A program made the translations under genes and the position numbers. A stretch of DNA of 64,000 nucleotides from an uncultured Enterobacteriaceae bacterium. Lineage in GTDB: Bacteria; Myxococcota_A; UBA9042. Below are positions 9,943 through 20,701 of the stretch, piece after piece (within the stretch, counting starts at the first letter, position 1; each line of letters opens with the position of its first letter). Under the pieces are notes generated by a model. The model saw only the letters and a list, made by a program, of their open reading frames with translations. It did not search any database and was not told the origin of the DNA. The stretch is from contig CAYTLW010000014.1 of the NCBI GenBank assembly GCA_964438735.1, positions 19,635-83,634 of the forward strand, given 5' to 3'.

Positions 9943-9982
9943 GGGGCCGTCCCGGGCGACTGGGGCGGCCCCTCGCCGTTTT
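9943..9982 (+). terminator. probable intrinsic terminator
   Basis: Stem ggggccgtccc/ggggcggcccc (one G-U pair) followed by a short T run, downstream of the lipoprotein gene. Confidence 0.5.
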
Positions 9983-10061
9983 GACTTTGCCGGTGGCCGG
10001 CCCTGTGGCACACTGCGCCGCGCTCTCAAGCAATCCGCACAGAACAACCGAGGAGATGGGC

Positions 10062-11396
10062 ATGCACGCCAGGAAGATCATTGCGATGACCGCCGCTTTT
10101 GTCGGCATGATGGCCACCGGACTCGACGCCCGGGCGGGCAGCATCGAGTACCTGACCAACCTGAGCGCGGACTACATCCGCACCTTCAGTCGCAACGCCG
10201 TCACCGACGGGGTCGATGCGGCGGTCTACAACCCCGCCGGCGCCGCGTGGCTGAAGAAGGACGGCTTCTACCTGGGCCTCAGCACCCAGAGCCTGTTCGG
10301 CGAGTACTCCATCGAAGACGATGGCGTGAAGTACCCCGCCGACATCATGGTGCCGCTCGTTCCATCGCTGCACTTCGCCTGGAAGTCCGGCAATCTGGGC
10401 GTCGTGGGCGCGTTCACCGTGCCGGCCGGCGGCGGCTCGCTGGTGTACGAAAAGGGCGTGCCCTACCTCAAGCCTCTGGCCGCCTTCGCGGTCGACGACA
10501 AAGGCAACGCCAAGACCGGCACACCGCCGACCAATGGCGAGTTCTCCGGCGCCACGATCTTCTATGGCGGCACCGTCGGCCTGGCGTATCGCTACAAGAT
10601 CTTCTCCCTGTCACTGGGCGGCCGACTGGTTCTGGCGACCAAGAAGATCGCCGGCCAGGCCACCTACGACGACGTCACCGCCGAGCTGGACGCCGAGAAG
10701 TCGGCCATGGGCTTCGGCGGCATCATCGGTCTGCACATCCAGCCCATGAAGGAGCTCAACATCGGCCTGCGCTACGAGCTCGAGACCCCGCTGGAGCTGG
10801 AGACCAAGTCCACCTCCGCCGGCCTGGGCGACATGGCCAACTGGAAGGACAAGGCCCTGGAGTCCTTCGCCGACGGGGCCAAGGAAGAGCGCCCCCTGCC
10901 GGCGACCCTGGGCGCGGGCGTGGCTGTGGGTCCGTTCAAGGGCCTGACCTTGAGCGCCAGCTTCCACTACTACTTCATCAAGGATGCGGACGCCTCCGAC
11001 GACAAGGCCGGCGCGCCGGGCAGCGGCCTGGGCGGCTTCGTGCGGGGCTACGACGACGACTACGACAACGGCTGGGATCTTGGCATCAGCGCCGAGTATC
11101 AGGTCAACAAGGAGCTGCTGATCAGCGCCGGCTACATCCGCGCCAAGATCGGTGGCAACAAGAATACCTATGGTGACTTCGAGTACGTGCCGGACTCGAA
11201 CTCCATCGGCGGCGGCGCTCGCTACGAGTTCATGACCGATCTCTTCCTGACCCTGGGATTCTCGCGTTCGTTCTACGACGAGGCCACCAACGATCCGATC
11301 ACCGCGCCGGGCTTGGAGGCGCTGCTGGCGCCCAACGGCGAGACCTTCCGTAAGCGCATCTACGACCTTGCCCTCGGCGCGCAGTACAAGTTCTGA
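10062..11396 (+). CDS. FadL/OmpP1/TodX-family outer-membrane hydrophobic-compound transporter
   Basis: Signal peptide, RNAVTDGVDAAVYNPAG hatch motif, alternating beta-strands, C-terminal AQYKF. AGGAG RBS. Confidence 0.85.
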   Translation: MHARKIIAMTAAFVGMMATGLDARAGSIEYLTNLSADYIRTFSRNAVTDGVDAAVYNPAGAAWLKKDGFYLGLSTQSLFGEYSIEDDGVKYPADIMVPLVPSLHFAWKSGNLGVVGAFTVPAGGGSLVYEKGVPYLKPLAAFAVDDKGNAKTGTPPTNGEFSGATIFYGGTVGLAYRYKIFSLSLGGRLVLATKKIAGQATYDDVTAELDAEKSAMGFGGIIGLHIQPMKELNIGLRYELETPLELETKSTSAGLGDMANWKDKALESFADGAKEERPLPATLGAGVAVGPFKGLTLSASFHYYFIKDADASDDKAGAPGSGLGGFVRGYDDDYDNGWDLGISAEYQVNKELLISAGYIRAKIGGNKNTYGDFEYVPDSNSIGGGARYEFMTDLFLTLGFSRSFYDEATNDPITAPGLEALLAPNGETFRKRIYDLALGAQYKF

Positions 11397-11447
11397 TCGG
11401 TCGTTCCCACGAGCCAATAAGGCCGTGCAGTCGCCGGGCTGCAAGCC

Positions 11448-11476
11448 TTGACACACCGGATGCCCTGCCGCATTCT
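11448..11476 (+). promoter_or_regulatory. sigma70-like promoter of the tRNA pair
   Basis: TTGACA(11448-53)-N17-CATTCT(11471-76), ~30 nt before tRNA-Phe. Confidence 0.65.
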
Positions 11477-11506
11477 TCGCGCCCCGCATCGACCTGTCGG
11501 TGCGTC

Positions 11507-11579
11507 GCCCAGGTAGCTCAGTTGGTAGAGCAGGGGACTGAAAATCCCCGTGTCGGCGGTTCAAATCCGTCCCTGGGCA
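11507..11579 (+). tRNA. tRNA-Phe(GAA), CCA not encoded
   Basis: GCCCAGG/CCTGGGC acceptor stem, D arm TAGCTCAGTTGGTAGAGC, anticodon loop CTGAAAA, T loop TTCAAAT. Confidence 0.97.
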
Positions 11580-11677
11580 CTGACTTCGAGGTTCATCGGA
11601 GGTCGCCGATGCACACCGCCCGCTGGCGGAAGTTCGAAGTTCCTGCCAAGGCGCGCGGCGCGCGCGCCGAAGAAGAT

Positions 11678-11750
11678 GGGGCTGTAGCTCAGCTGGGAGA
11701 GCGCTGCGTTCGCAACGCAGAGGTCAGGGGTTCGATCCCCCTCAGCTCCA
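11678..11750 (+). tRNA. tRNA-Ala(CGC), CCA not encoded
   Basis: GGGGCTG/CAGCTCC acceptor with the G3:U70 Ala identity pair, anticodon loop TTCGCAA, TTCGATC T loop. Followed by CCT rather than CCA. Confidence 0.97.
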
Positions 11751-11757
11751 CCTGGTA

Positions 11758-11800
11758 GGGGGCCATTCGGCGACCAAGCGAATGGCTCCCTCTATGTTTT
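11758..11800 (+). terminator. terminator after tRNAs
   Basis: gggggccattcg/cgaatggctccc stem followed by tctatgtttt. Confidence 0.6.
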
Positions 11801-11851
11801 TGGTCGCGAGGCAGCCCAACGTGGGCCGGTCGACGCGTACCGGGGGTGCCC

Positions 11852-13309
<1,458 letters not shown>

Positions 13310-13473
13310 CGACCCCTGGCGATCCGTTGGCTTTGTGCACAATCGCCGTTGATTAATTCAACACCGCACTGTTGAACGAGCCCGCCAAGCCGGCGCGGAC
13401 AGCGTCGAAAATCGTCTATTTTCATTCTTTGTTACAGGCTGTTGTGAGTTTCTTTCCAGCGTGGCACGGGGGC

Positions 13474-13489
13474 TGGCATGGAACCTGCT
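13474..13489 (+). promoter_or_regulatory. sigma54 -24/-12 promoter (candidate)
   Basis: TGGCATGGAACCTGCT has GG-N10-GC spacing, 65 nt before ATG 13555. Palindromes lie upstream at 13333-13342 and 13357-13376. Confidence 0.6.
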
Positions 13490-13554
13490 CTATAGCCGGT
13501 CGAAGCCGACGCCCATCACAGGGAACCGTTCGGCGCCACGGCAAGGAGAACACC

Positions 13555-14847
13555 ATGAAGACCCCCCTCGCGATCGCAGCAGCAGCCCTGCTCGCGCTGA
13601 CCACCTGGACCACGGACGCCGCGGCGCTCGACTTCTGCCCCGACGGCGGCGGCTGCAAGTCCGGCGACGTATGCCACGGCGGCCTCTGCCTGCCAGCGGG
13701 CCTGATCTGCACCAGCGATGCCGGTTGCGCCAGCTACGAGAAGTGCGACTTCAGCTGCCCCCATGGTGGCGGCATCAACGTCACCTCCGTCGACGTGCCG
13801 CCGAGCTCGGGCAGCTCCGAGCCGGCCGAGCAGGGTGGCGGCTCCGACGGCGAGGATTCCTCCAGCTTCAAGGCCGAGGACGACAAGGACGACAGCAACG
13901 ACAAGGAGCAGTCGGACCCGCCCGAGGGCAACGCCAAGAAGAAGCCCGGCTCGGGCGCCCCCGCTCAGCCACCGCAGAATACCTGCCCCAAGGCCAAGGG
14001 CGTCTGCGTGGCCGTGCCGGCCAAGACCAAGGCCAGCGCCGCGTGCAAGTCCTTCTGCGCCGCGGTCACCAAGTGCAGCTTCGGCAGCAAGACCGGCAAG
14101 GCGGTCTCCGGCAGTGGCAGCTCCACGCCCGGCAAGGCGCCCAAGCCCACCACGCCCGCCAAGGAGCCCCAGGAAGATGACAAGGGCGACCAGGACAGCG
14201 GCGGCAGCGACTTCGCGCCCTCTGATGGCGACAGCGATGACGAGCCCTCTGGCGGCAGCGACGGTTCCGACGGTGACGAGGGCGCACCCGCGCCCCCCGA
14301 CGAGCCCGACGATGACGAAGAAGGCCCGAATACCGAGCCGCCTGGTGACAAGGACAACTCCGGTAAGAAGGCCCCGCCGAAGGATGAGCTCAACGTCGAG
14401 ATCGACGCTTCCGGCTGCGAGTTCGCCTGCGCCCTCTGGGAGAACAAGAAGATCGCCGTGACGGAGACCGCCGCCGCGATGCAGTGCCTGGACAAGAACA
14501 AGGCCATGACCTGCGATGACCTGGGCAAGGCGTGTGAGTCCGAAGCCGAGGCGCTCGAGAAGGCGCTGGACAAGGACGACAGCTGGAAGCTGGCCATGGG
14601 CGGTGGCTGGGGCGCCTCCGCGCTGACCAAGTCCTCGAGCGACGACAACTCGGGCAACCCCGAGTCGCCCAATGCGGCCGGCACAGGCGGCGACGGCCAG
14701 GCCGAACTGGGTGCCCCGGCGCACAACCTCGGCAGCTCCGGCGGCTGCACGGCCAGCGCTTCGCCAATGGGCAACAGCGGCGGCGCGGCCTTCATCATCT
14801 TCCTCCTCGCTGGCGCCCTGATGCTCCGTCGTCGACTGACGGCGTGA
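13555..14847 (+). CDS. secreted Cys-containing acidic protein with MYXO-CTERM-type sorting signal
   Basis: AAGGAG RBS, signal peptide, Cys modules alternating with D/E/S/G/P-rich linkers, C-terminus SSGGC-TASA...AAFIIFLLAGALML-RRR. Confidence 0.85.
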   Translation: MKTPLAIAAAALLALTTWTTDAAALDFCPDGGGCKSGDVCHGGLCLPAGLICTSDAGCASYEKCDFSCPHGGGINVTSVDVPPSSGSSEPAEQGGGSDGEDSSSFKAEDDKDDSNDKEQSDPPEGNAKKKPGSGAPAQPPQNTCPKAKGVCVAVPAKTKASAACKSFCAAVTKCSFGSKTGKAVSGSGSSTPGKAPKPTTPAKEPQEDDKGDQDSGGSDFAPSDGDSDDEPSGGSDGSDGDEGAPAPPDEPDDDEEGPNTEPPGDKDNSGKKAPPKDELNVEIDASGCEFACALWENKKIAVTETAAAMQCLDKNKAMTCDDLGKACESEAEALEKALDKDDSWKLAMGGGWGASALTKSSSDDNSGNPESPNAAGTGGDGQAELGAPAHNLGSSGGCTASASPMGNSGGAAFIIFLLAGALMLRRRLTA

Positions 14848-14914
14848 CGGGTTGATCCCCCGCAGCGGTCGTTTCGTCTCCACTGCAGCAACAGGAAGGA
14901 AACGAAACGAGAGA

Positions 14915-14955
14915 CCGGCCGGGCAGCTGCTGTGCTGCCCGGCCGGGATGTTTTT
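14915..14955. terminator. terminator hairpin between convergent genes
   Basis: Perfect 13-bp stem ccggccgggcagc/gctgcccggccgg (14915-14946) followed by gatgttttt. Confidence 0.75.
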
Positions 14956-14971
14956 GGTTGGGGGCCGGGGC

Positions 14972-16105
14972 TCAGCCCGGCGGTTCGGCCGCGGCTCCGG
15001 CGAGTTGGCCGCAGGCGGCGCCGATGTCCTGGCCTTTGGATTCGCGCAGGCTGATGGAGGCGCCCGCCGAAGCGACGGCGCGGGCGAAGCGGTCTACCAC
15101 CTCGCGGGCGGGCCGGCTGTAGGGCGCGCCAGGCCAGGCGTTGAATGGGATCGCGTTGACGTGCGCGTCCAGGCGGCGGGCGATGGCCGCCAGACGACCC
15201 GCGTCGTCCAGGCTGTCGTTGACCCCGTCCAGCAACGCGTACTCCAGCGTCAACTTGCGGCTGCCGCGCTCGGGCAGGTCGGCCAGAGCGGCGATCATGC
15301 GCTCGATGGTCACGCCACGGCCGACTGGCATCAGGCGACGTCGGGTCTCTTCATCGGTCGCTGTCAGCGACCAGGCCAGGTTCACCGCCGGGTGTGCCGC
15401 CGCCAGGTCGGGCAGCCGCTTGGCCAGCCCGGCGGTCGACACGGTGATGCGCCTCGGCGAGAAGCCGTAGCCGTTCGGATCGGTCAGGATCGACAGCGCA
15501 TCGATCACCGCCGCCGCGTTGTCCAACGGCTCGCCCATGCCCATGAAGACCAGATTGTGCGGTCGCGCCGCCAACGGGCCGCGCTCGCCGCCGGAGACAC
15601 CGCCCCGAACCGCGCCGTCAGCCGCCAGCAGGCGGCAGGCGATGGCCACCTGCTCGACGATCTCGGCCGCGCTCAGATCCGCACGCGTGGGAATCTTCGC
15701 GGTGGCGCAGAAGTCGCAACCCATGCGGCAGCCCACCTGCGAGGACAGACATTGGGTGATGCGCCCGCCGCCCATGGGCATGATCACGGTCTCGATCGCC
15801 GTTCCGCTGATGGTGCCCAGCACCAGTTTTCGTGAGCCATCCAGGGCCGAACGGGCGTCGCGGAGAACGGGCAGCGCTGGCAGCGGTGCGCTCCGCTGCA
15901 GCCGGGCCCGCAGCGCCTTGCCCAGGTCGGTCATGGCCGCCCAGTCGCGCTCCATGCGAACGTGCAACCAGCGAAAGAGCTGATCGGCGCGAAACGCTCG
16001 CTCGCCGGCGCTGAGCAGCAACTCGCGCAGGCGCTGCCGCGGCAAGGAGGCGAGGTCGGCGTCGAAGAGCGGATCGTCGGGCGGGGGTTGGGGGGCGTCG
16101 GCCAT
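14972..16105 (-). CDS. rlmN: 23S rRNA (A2503-C2) methyltransferase RlmN
   Basis: CLSSQVGCRMGCDFC radical-SAM motif, VFMGMGEPL, RITVSTAG, EYALL.GVNDS, GQDIGAACGQL. Confidence 0.95.
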   Translation of the reverse strand: MADAPQPPPDDPLFDADLASLPRQRLRELLLSAGERAFRADQLFRWLHVRMERDWAAMTDLGKALRARLQRSAPLPALPVLRDARSALDGSRKLVLGTISGTAIETVIMPMGGGRITQCLSSQVGCRMGCDFCATAKIPTRADLSAAEIVEQVAIACRLLAADGAVRGGVSGGERGPLAARPHNLVFMGMGEPLDNAAAVIDALSILTDPNGYGFSPRRITVSTAGLAKRLPDLAAAHPAVNLAWSLTATDEETRRRLMPVGRGVTIERMIAALADLPERGSRKLTLEYALLDGVNDSLDDAGRLAAIARRLDAHVNAIPFNAWPGAPYSRPAREVVDRFARAVASAGASISLRESKGQDIGAACGQLAGAAAEPPG

Positions 16106-16211
16106 GGGCGCGCAGGGTAGCCGACGACCGGCCGCCGGTCACCTCGGCGGTCGGCCACGGCGGGGCTGTCTGTCGTTTGACCGCCCCCCACCTTTGCGGC
16201 ACGCTCGCTCC

Positions 16212-17684
16212 ATGCACAGCGCTCGCCCCTTGCCGCTGACGACCGCCTTGACCTGCGCGGTGTTCGCGTTGGCGCTGTGGACACCCACGAACTCGCATGG
16301 GCAAGCCGGGGCCAAGAAGGCCGCTGCCGCGAAGAAGACAGCGCCCAAGAAGGCCGCCACCGCCAGGAAGCCAGCGCCCAAGAAGGCCGAAGTTGCTGCC
16401 CCTGCGAAGGCTGCGCCGATCGCTGATCCCGGCACCGCCATCGCCGCAGCCATCGTTGATCGCAAGGCCGGCCGCTTCGATCGCGCGTTCGCCACCCTCA
16501 AGTCGGTCGTCGAGGCGGACGCTCGCAATGCCCGCGGACATCACGAGCTGGCCACGCTCTACGCCATCCACGGCCAGTTCACCGAGGCGGCGCGCCACTT
16601 CCAGATCGCCTTGTCCGTGGACGCCAACCTGGTCGCCGCACGCCGCAACCTGGCCGAAGTGCTGCGCGCGGACGGTCGACATGCCGACGCCCTGGGTCAC
16701 TATCGCAAGCTCGAGCATGACATCGATGGCCGCGTCTCCGCCTTGCGCGGAATTGCGCTATGCGAGGAGGCCCTGGGTCGCCCGGATGCCGCCCGCGCGC
16801 CGCTGCGCACGCTGAGCACGGATTACAAGGAGACGGAAGCGGGGCGCTGGGCTGCTGGTCACCTGGTATATCTCGATCAGCAGCGGGCCAGCGGCGACGT
16901 ATCGCCGGCGGTGGCCGATCAGCAGGGCAAGCGCCTGTTCGACGAGGGCCGACATGCCGAGGCCGTGTCCTGGTTCGGCTATGCCATGAACGTCGCGCCG
17001 AACGCCGACCGTGCGTTCCGGCTGGGGGTCGCCCGCATGGCGGCGCGCGATCACCTGGGCGCCGTTGCCGCGCTGCAGCATGCCCTGCGCCTTGATCGCG
17101 GTCACAAGGCCGCCATGAGCGCCTATCCCACGGCCCTGCGGAAGCTGCGCAGCGTCGGCGTGGGCGGCCAGGATGTGGCCCTGACCAGCACTGTCGGCGG
17201 CACGCCTGGCGCGCGGGCTGCGGCGGCGTTGCTTCGCGGTGACCTGTTGCTGGCCGAGCAGATCGCCAAAGCGGGTAACAAGGGCCGCTACAAGGGCATC
17301 ACGCTGCTGCTGATCGCCGCCGAAGCGGCGCTGCGGGCCGGGCGACTTCACCAGGCCGACAAGAACCTGCGAGCCGTATTGAAGCGACAGCCGAGGCACC
17401 CCACCGCCATCGCAGCGATGGCCGAGACCAGCTACCGCCGCGGTCGTCACACCGACGCCCGACGCCTGGCTGGTCTGGCCCATCCGCCGCGCGATCCGAG
17501 CGCCCGCGGCCTTCCGGTGGCCGATCTGGAGCAATACGTGCGCTGGCGCCGCGATTACGTCGATCGGCAGCTGGCCATGGCCGTCGATCCGCTGCGCAAG
17601 CCGCCCATGCCCTTCCAGCTGGTCGAGGGCATCGATCCGGAATCGCGCCTGCCGGCGAAAAAGGCCGCGTCCCCAAAGCCCTGA
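16212..17684 (+). CDS. TPR-repeat exported protein
   Basis: Signal-like N-terminus, K/A/P-rich linker, repeated TPR-like helical pairs (ARGHHELATLYAIHGQFTEAARHFQIALSVD). Confidence 0.8.
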   Translation: MHSARPLPLTTALTCAVFALALWTPTNSHGQAGAKKAAAAKKTAPKKAATARKPAPKKAEVAAPAKAAPIADPGTAIAAAIVDRKAGRFDRAFATLKSVVEADARNARGHHELATLYAIHGQFTEAARHFQIALSVDANLVAARRNLAEVLRADGRHADALGHYRKLEHDIDGRVSALRGIALCEEALGRPDAARAPLRTLSTDYKETEAGRWAAGHLVYLDQQRASGDVSPAVADQQGKRLFDEGRHAEAVSWFGYAMNVAPNADRAFRLGVARMAARDHLGAVAALQHALRLDRGHKAAMSAYPTALRKLRSVGVGGQDVALTSTVGGTPGARAAAALLRGDLLLAEQIAKAGNKGRYKGITLLLIAAEAALRAGRLHQADKNLRAVLKRQPRHPTAIAAMAETSYRRGRHTDARRLAGLAHPPRDPSARGLPVADLEQYVRWRRDYVDRQLAMAVDPLRKPPMPFQLVEGIDPESRLPAKKAASPKP

Positions 17685-17743
17685 CTCGCGCCCGATGTCA
17701 GTGGGCGAGGGGCGGGCTCTGCAGCCTCCATTCGCCGGGCTGA

Positions 17744-18049
17744 TCAGTCTTGAAGATTGCCCAGCTCGCGCGCCTTCTCGGGACCGGTCTCGAGGACTTC
17801 CGCCCCTTCATCGAGCTTGAGGAATTGGCGACAGGCCTGGTCGAGCAGTTCGCCTGAAGCCGGATCGCCGAGATTGAGACGATACTCGTTGATGATCTTC
17901 AACTGCGTCTCCAGCCAGACACCCCAGCAACCGCTACCGACGCGCGCTTTGATCTCGCCGCGCGTGGGCTCGCCGAATGGAATGCGAGCGCTGATCGGCT
18001 CCTCTTGCTGACCACAGCAGGCACAGGTCACGTTTTCAGGCTGGCTCAT
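17744..18049 (-). CDS. YggX-family Fe(II)-trafficking / oxidative damage protection protein
   Basis: VTCACCG...PF...CWGVWLETQLKIINEYRL...FL matches the YggX pattern. GGAGG RBS. Confidence 0.8.
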   Translation of the reverse strand: MSQPENVTCACCGQQEEPISARIPFGEPTRGEIKARVGSGCWGVWLETQLKIINEYRLNLGDPASGELLDQACRQFLKLDEGAEVLETGPEKARELGNLQD

Positions 18050-18299
18050 GTTGCCTCCAGGCCGCTCTTGGGCGGAAGGCCTGCGGGTGTATCCGGCTGC
18101 GCGCAGGGTGGCAAGTCCAGCCGCCCGGATGCCCGAATTCGGACGCAAACCGCGGGCAAAGTGCAAGCCTCCGCGAACGGTCCGAAAACGCCCAGGACGC
18201 CCGATTTTGCCTATCGCACTGCTTGACTCCCGGCAACCACGGCACAACACTCCGCCGTCCACGGACCCGCCGGGTCCCGCATCGCCACGGAGCGGAACG

Positions 18300-19565
18300 A
18301 TGAGCGACAACAAAAAGGTCATCCTCGCCTACTCAGGCGGACTCGATACGTCGGCCATGTTGCACTGGCTGCGTTACGAACAGGGCTACGAAGTCATCTG
18401 CATGACGGCGGATGTCGGCCAGGGCGAAGAGTTGAGCGGACTGCGCGAGAAGGCGCTCAACAGCGGCGCCAGCGACATCCACATCATCGACGTGCGCGAG
18501 GAGTTCGTGCGCGACTTCGTCTTCCCGGCGATTCAGGCCAACGCGGTCTATGAGGGCTACTACCTGCTGGGCACCGCCCTGGCGCGACCGGTGATCGCCA
18601 AGGCCATGGTCGACATCGCCAACGAGGTCGGCGCCAACGCCATCGCCCACGGCGCCACCGGCAAGGGCAACGATCAGGTTCGTTTCGAGTTGACCGCCTA
18701 TGCGCTCAAGCCCGAGATCGAATGCATCGCCCCCTGGCGCAGCTGGCCCTACAGCGGCCGTGAGGACCTGATCGCCTACTGCAAGCAGCATGGCATCCCA
18801 TACGGCAGCGCCGAAAAACCCTACTCATCCGATCGCAATCTGCTGCACATCAGCTTCGAGGGCGGCGTACTCGAGGATCCGTGGTACGAGCCGGACAAGG
18901 AGATGTTCCTGCTCTCGGTGGATCCCTTGGACGCCCCGGACGAGCCGGAATCGGTCGAGATCCAGTTCGTCGACGGCATCCCCGTGGCGGTCAATGGCGA
19001 GACCCTGGGCCCCGCAGACCTGCTCGCCCGCTGCAATGAGCTGGGCGGTCGTCATGGCGTCGGCCGGATCGACATCGTCGAGAACCGCTACGTCGGCATC
19101 AAGTCGCGCGGCGTCTACGAGACACCCGGCGGCACCCTGCTCTACCACGCCCACCGCGCCGTGGAGCAGATCGTGCTCGACCGCGAGGTCATGGCCCTGC
19201 GCGACAGCCTCGTGCCGCAGTTCACTCGCCTGGTCTACAACGGCTACTGGCACTCGCCTGAGATGCGCCACCTGCTGACGTTCATGCAGGCGACCCAGAA
19301 GGGCGTCTCCGGCGTCGGCCGTCTGCGCCTGTACAAGGGCAGCTGTGTGATCACCGGCCGCAAGGCCCGCAACTCACTGTACAACCCCGAGTACTCCACT
19401 TTCGAGAAGGACTCGGTCTACAACCAGGCCGACGCCGAAGGTTTCATCCGCCTCAACGCGCTGCGCCTGAAGCTCAACACGTACCGAGATCGCGCGGCGC
19501 TGGTCGATCCGACCGACCAGGTGCTGCAGGCGCTGAGCAAGATGAAGGATGGCTACATCGAGTAG
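18300..19565 (+). CDS. argG: argininosuccinate synthase
   Basis: KVILAYSGGLDTS, AHGATGKGNDQVRFE, YSSDRNLLHISFEGG, IVENRYVGIKSRGVYETPGG. Confidence 0.98.
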   Translation: MSDNKKVILAYSGGLDTSAMLHWLRYEQGYEVICMTADVGQGEELSGLREKALNSGASDIHIIDVREEFVRDFVFPAIQANAVYEGYYLLGTALARPVIAKAMVDIANEVGANAIAHGATGKGNDQVRFELTAYALKPEIECIAPWRSWPYSGREDLIAYCKQHGIPYGSAEKPYSSDRNLLHISFEGGVLEDPWYEPDKEMFLLSVDPLDAPDEPESVEIQFVDGIPVAVNGETLGPADLLARCNELGGRHGVGRIDIVENRYVGIKSRGVYETPGGTLLYHAHRAVEQIVLDREVMALRDSLVPQFTRLVYNGYWHSPEMRHLLTFMQATQKGVSGVGRLRLYKGSCVITGRKARNSLYNPEYSTFEKDSVYNQADAEGFIRLNALRLKLNTYRDRAALVDPTDQVLQALSKMKDGYIE

Positions 19566-19613
19566 TCCCGCAGCAGCAGCTCAGGGTTGACGTCAGGTGC
19601 AGGGGAGGTGCGC

Positions 19614-20555
19614 ATGAACGCCAGACTCAAGGTCTTCGCAGGGCGCAGCCATCAGGCCCTGACGACGTCGATCTGCGACTCACTCGACCTGCCGCTCGGG
19701 CAGAGCGAAGTGGTGGAGTTCTCCAACGAGAACATCATGGTCCGCATCCTGGAGAACGTGCGCGAGTGCGACGTCTTCTACGTGCAGACCTCGGCCACGC
19801 CGGTCAACGATCACCTGGTCGAGACCCTGATCGCCATCGATGCGCTGAAGTCCGCCTCCGCGGCGCGCGTCACCGCCGTGCTGCCCTACTTTCCGTACGC
19901 GCGGTCGGACAAGAAGGATCAGCCGCGAATCAGCATCTCGGCACGCCTGGTGGCCGACCTGCTCGAAACCGCAGGCGCTGATCGGGTGCTGACCATGGAC
20001 CTGCACTCGCCGCAGATCCAGGGCTTCTTCCGCCGGCCGGTGGACCAGTTGGTGGCGGCGCCGATCATCTGCGATCACCTGCGTACCTGGGACCTGGACA
20101 ACACGGTCCTGGTCGCCGGCGACGCCGGAGAAGCCAAGGAGCTGGGCCGCTACGCCAACCGTCTGCACCTGCCCATGGCAGTGGTGGACAAACGACGCCT
20201 GGGCAACGATGACAAGGCCGTAGCCACGAACCTGATCGGCGATGTCTCGGGCAAGCGAGCGATCATCGTCGACGACGAGATCGCCACCGGCGGCACCATC
20301 GTCGAGGCCGCCAGATTCCTGTGTGATCGCGGCGCCACTTCGGTGTCGGTAGCGGCGACCCATGGCGTGCTCAGCGGGCCCGCCATGACCCGGATCGACG
20401 GCCCCGAATCGCCCTTCGAGCGGGTGGTCATCACCGACACGGTGCCGCTGGGCAAGAAGGCATCTCCGCGCCTCACCGTGCTCTCGGTGGCGCCCTTCTT
20501 CGCCAAGGCGATCCGTCGCATTCACGACGGAGACTCGGTAAGCGATTTGTTCTGA
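19614..20555 (+). CDS. prs: ribose-phosphate pyrophosphokinase
   Basis: PYFPYARSDKK, MDLHSPQIQGFF, VVDKRR, IIVDDEIATGGT, ATHGVLSG. Confidence 0.97.
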   Translation: MNARLKVFAGRSHQALTTSICDSLDLPLGQSEVVEFSNENIMVRILENVRECDVFYVQTSATPVNDHLVETLIAIDALKSASAARVTAVLPYFPYARSDKKDQPRISISARLVADLLETAGADRVLTMDLHSPQIQGFFRRPVDQLVAAPIICDHLRTWDLDNTVLVAGDAGEAKELGRYANRLHLPMAVVDKRRLGNDDKAVATNLIGDVSGKRAIIVDDEIATGGTIVEAARFLCDRGATSVSVAATHGVLSGPAMTRIDGPESPFERVVITDTVPLGKKASPRLTVLSVAPFFAKAIRRIHDGDSVSDLF

Positions 20556-20701
20556 TTTCAGTGGCATCCGTCGTGGAGCACGCTCATTGCTCGCCCCTCG
20601 GGCGACGTGCGTGGAATGCCGCCAACCGCCGAATCGTTGGGGCCTTGTGGTCTCCGGGGCGATAGAGACTTTGGCCTCCGGTAGGCCTCGTCTGCTAATC
20701 T

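Noticed and set aside
11507-11800. tRNA genes as an integration site for an island
   Set aside because: No integrase and no duplicated tRNA 3' end seen elsewhere in the window.
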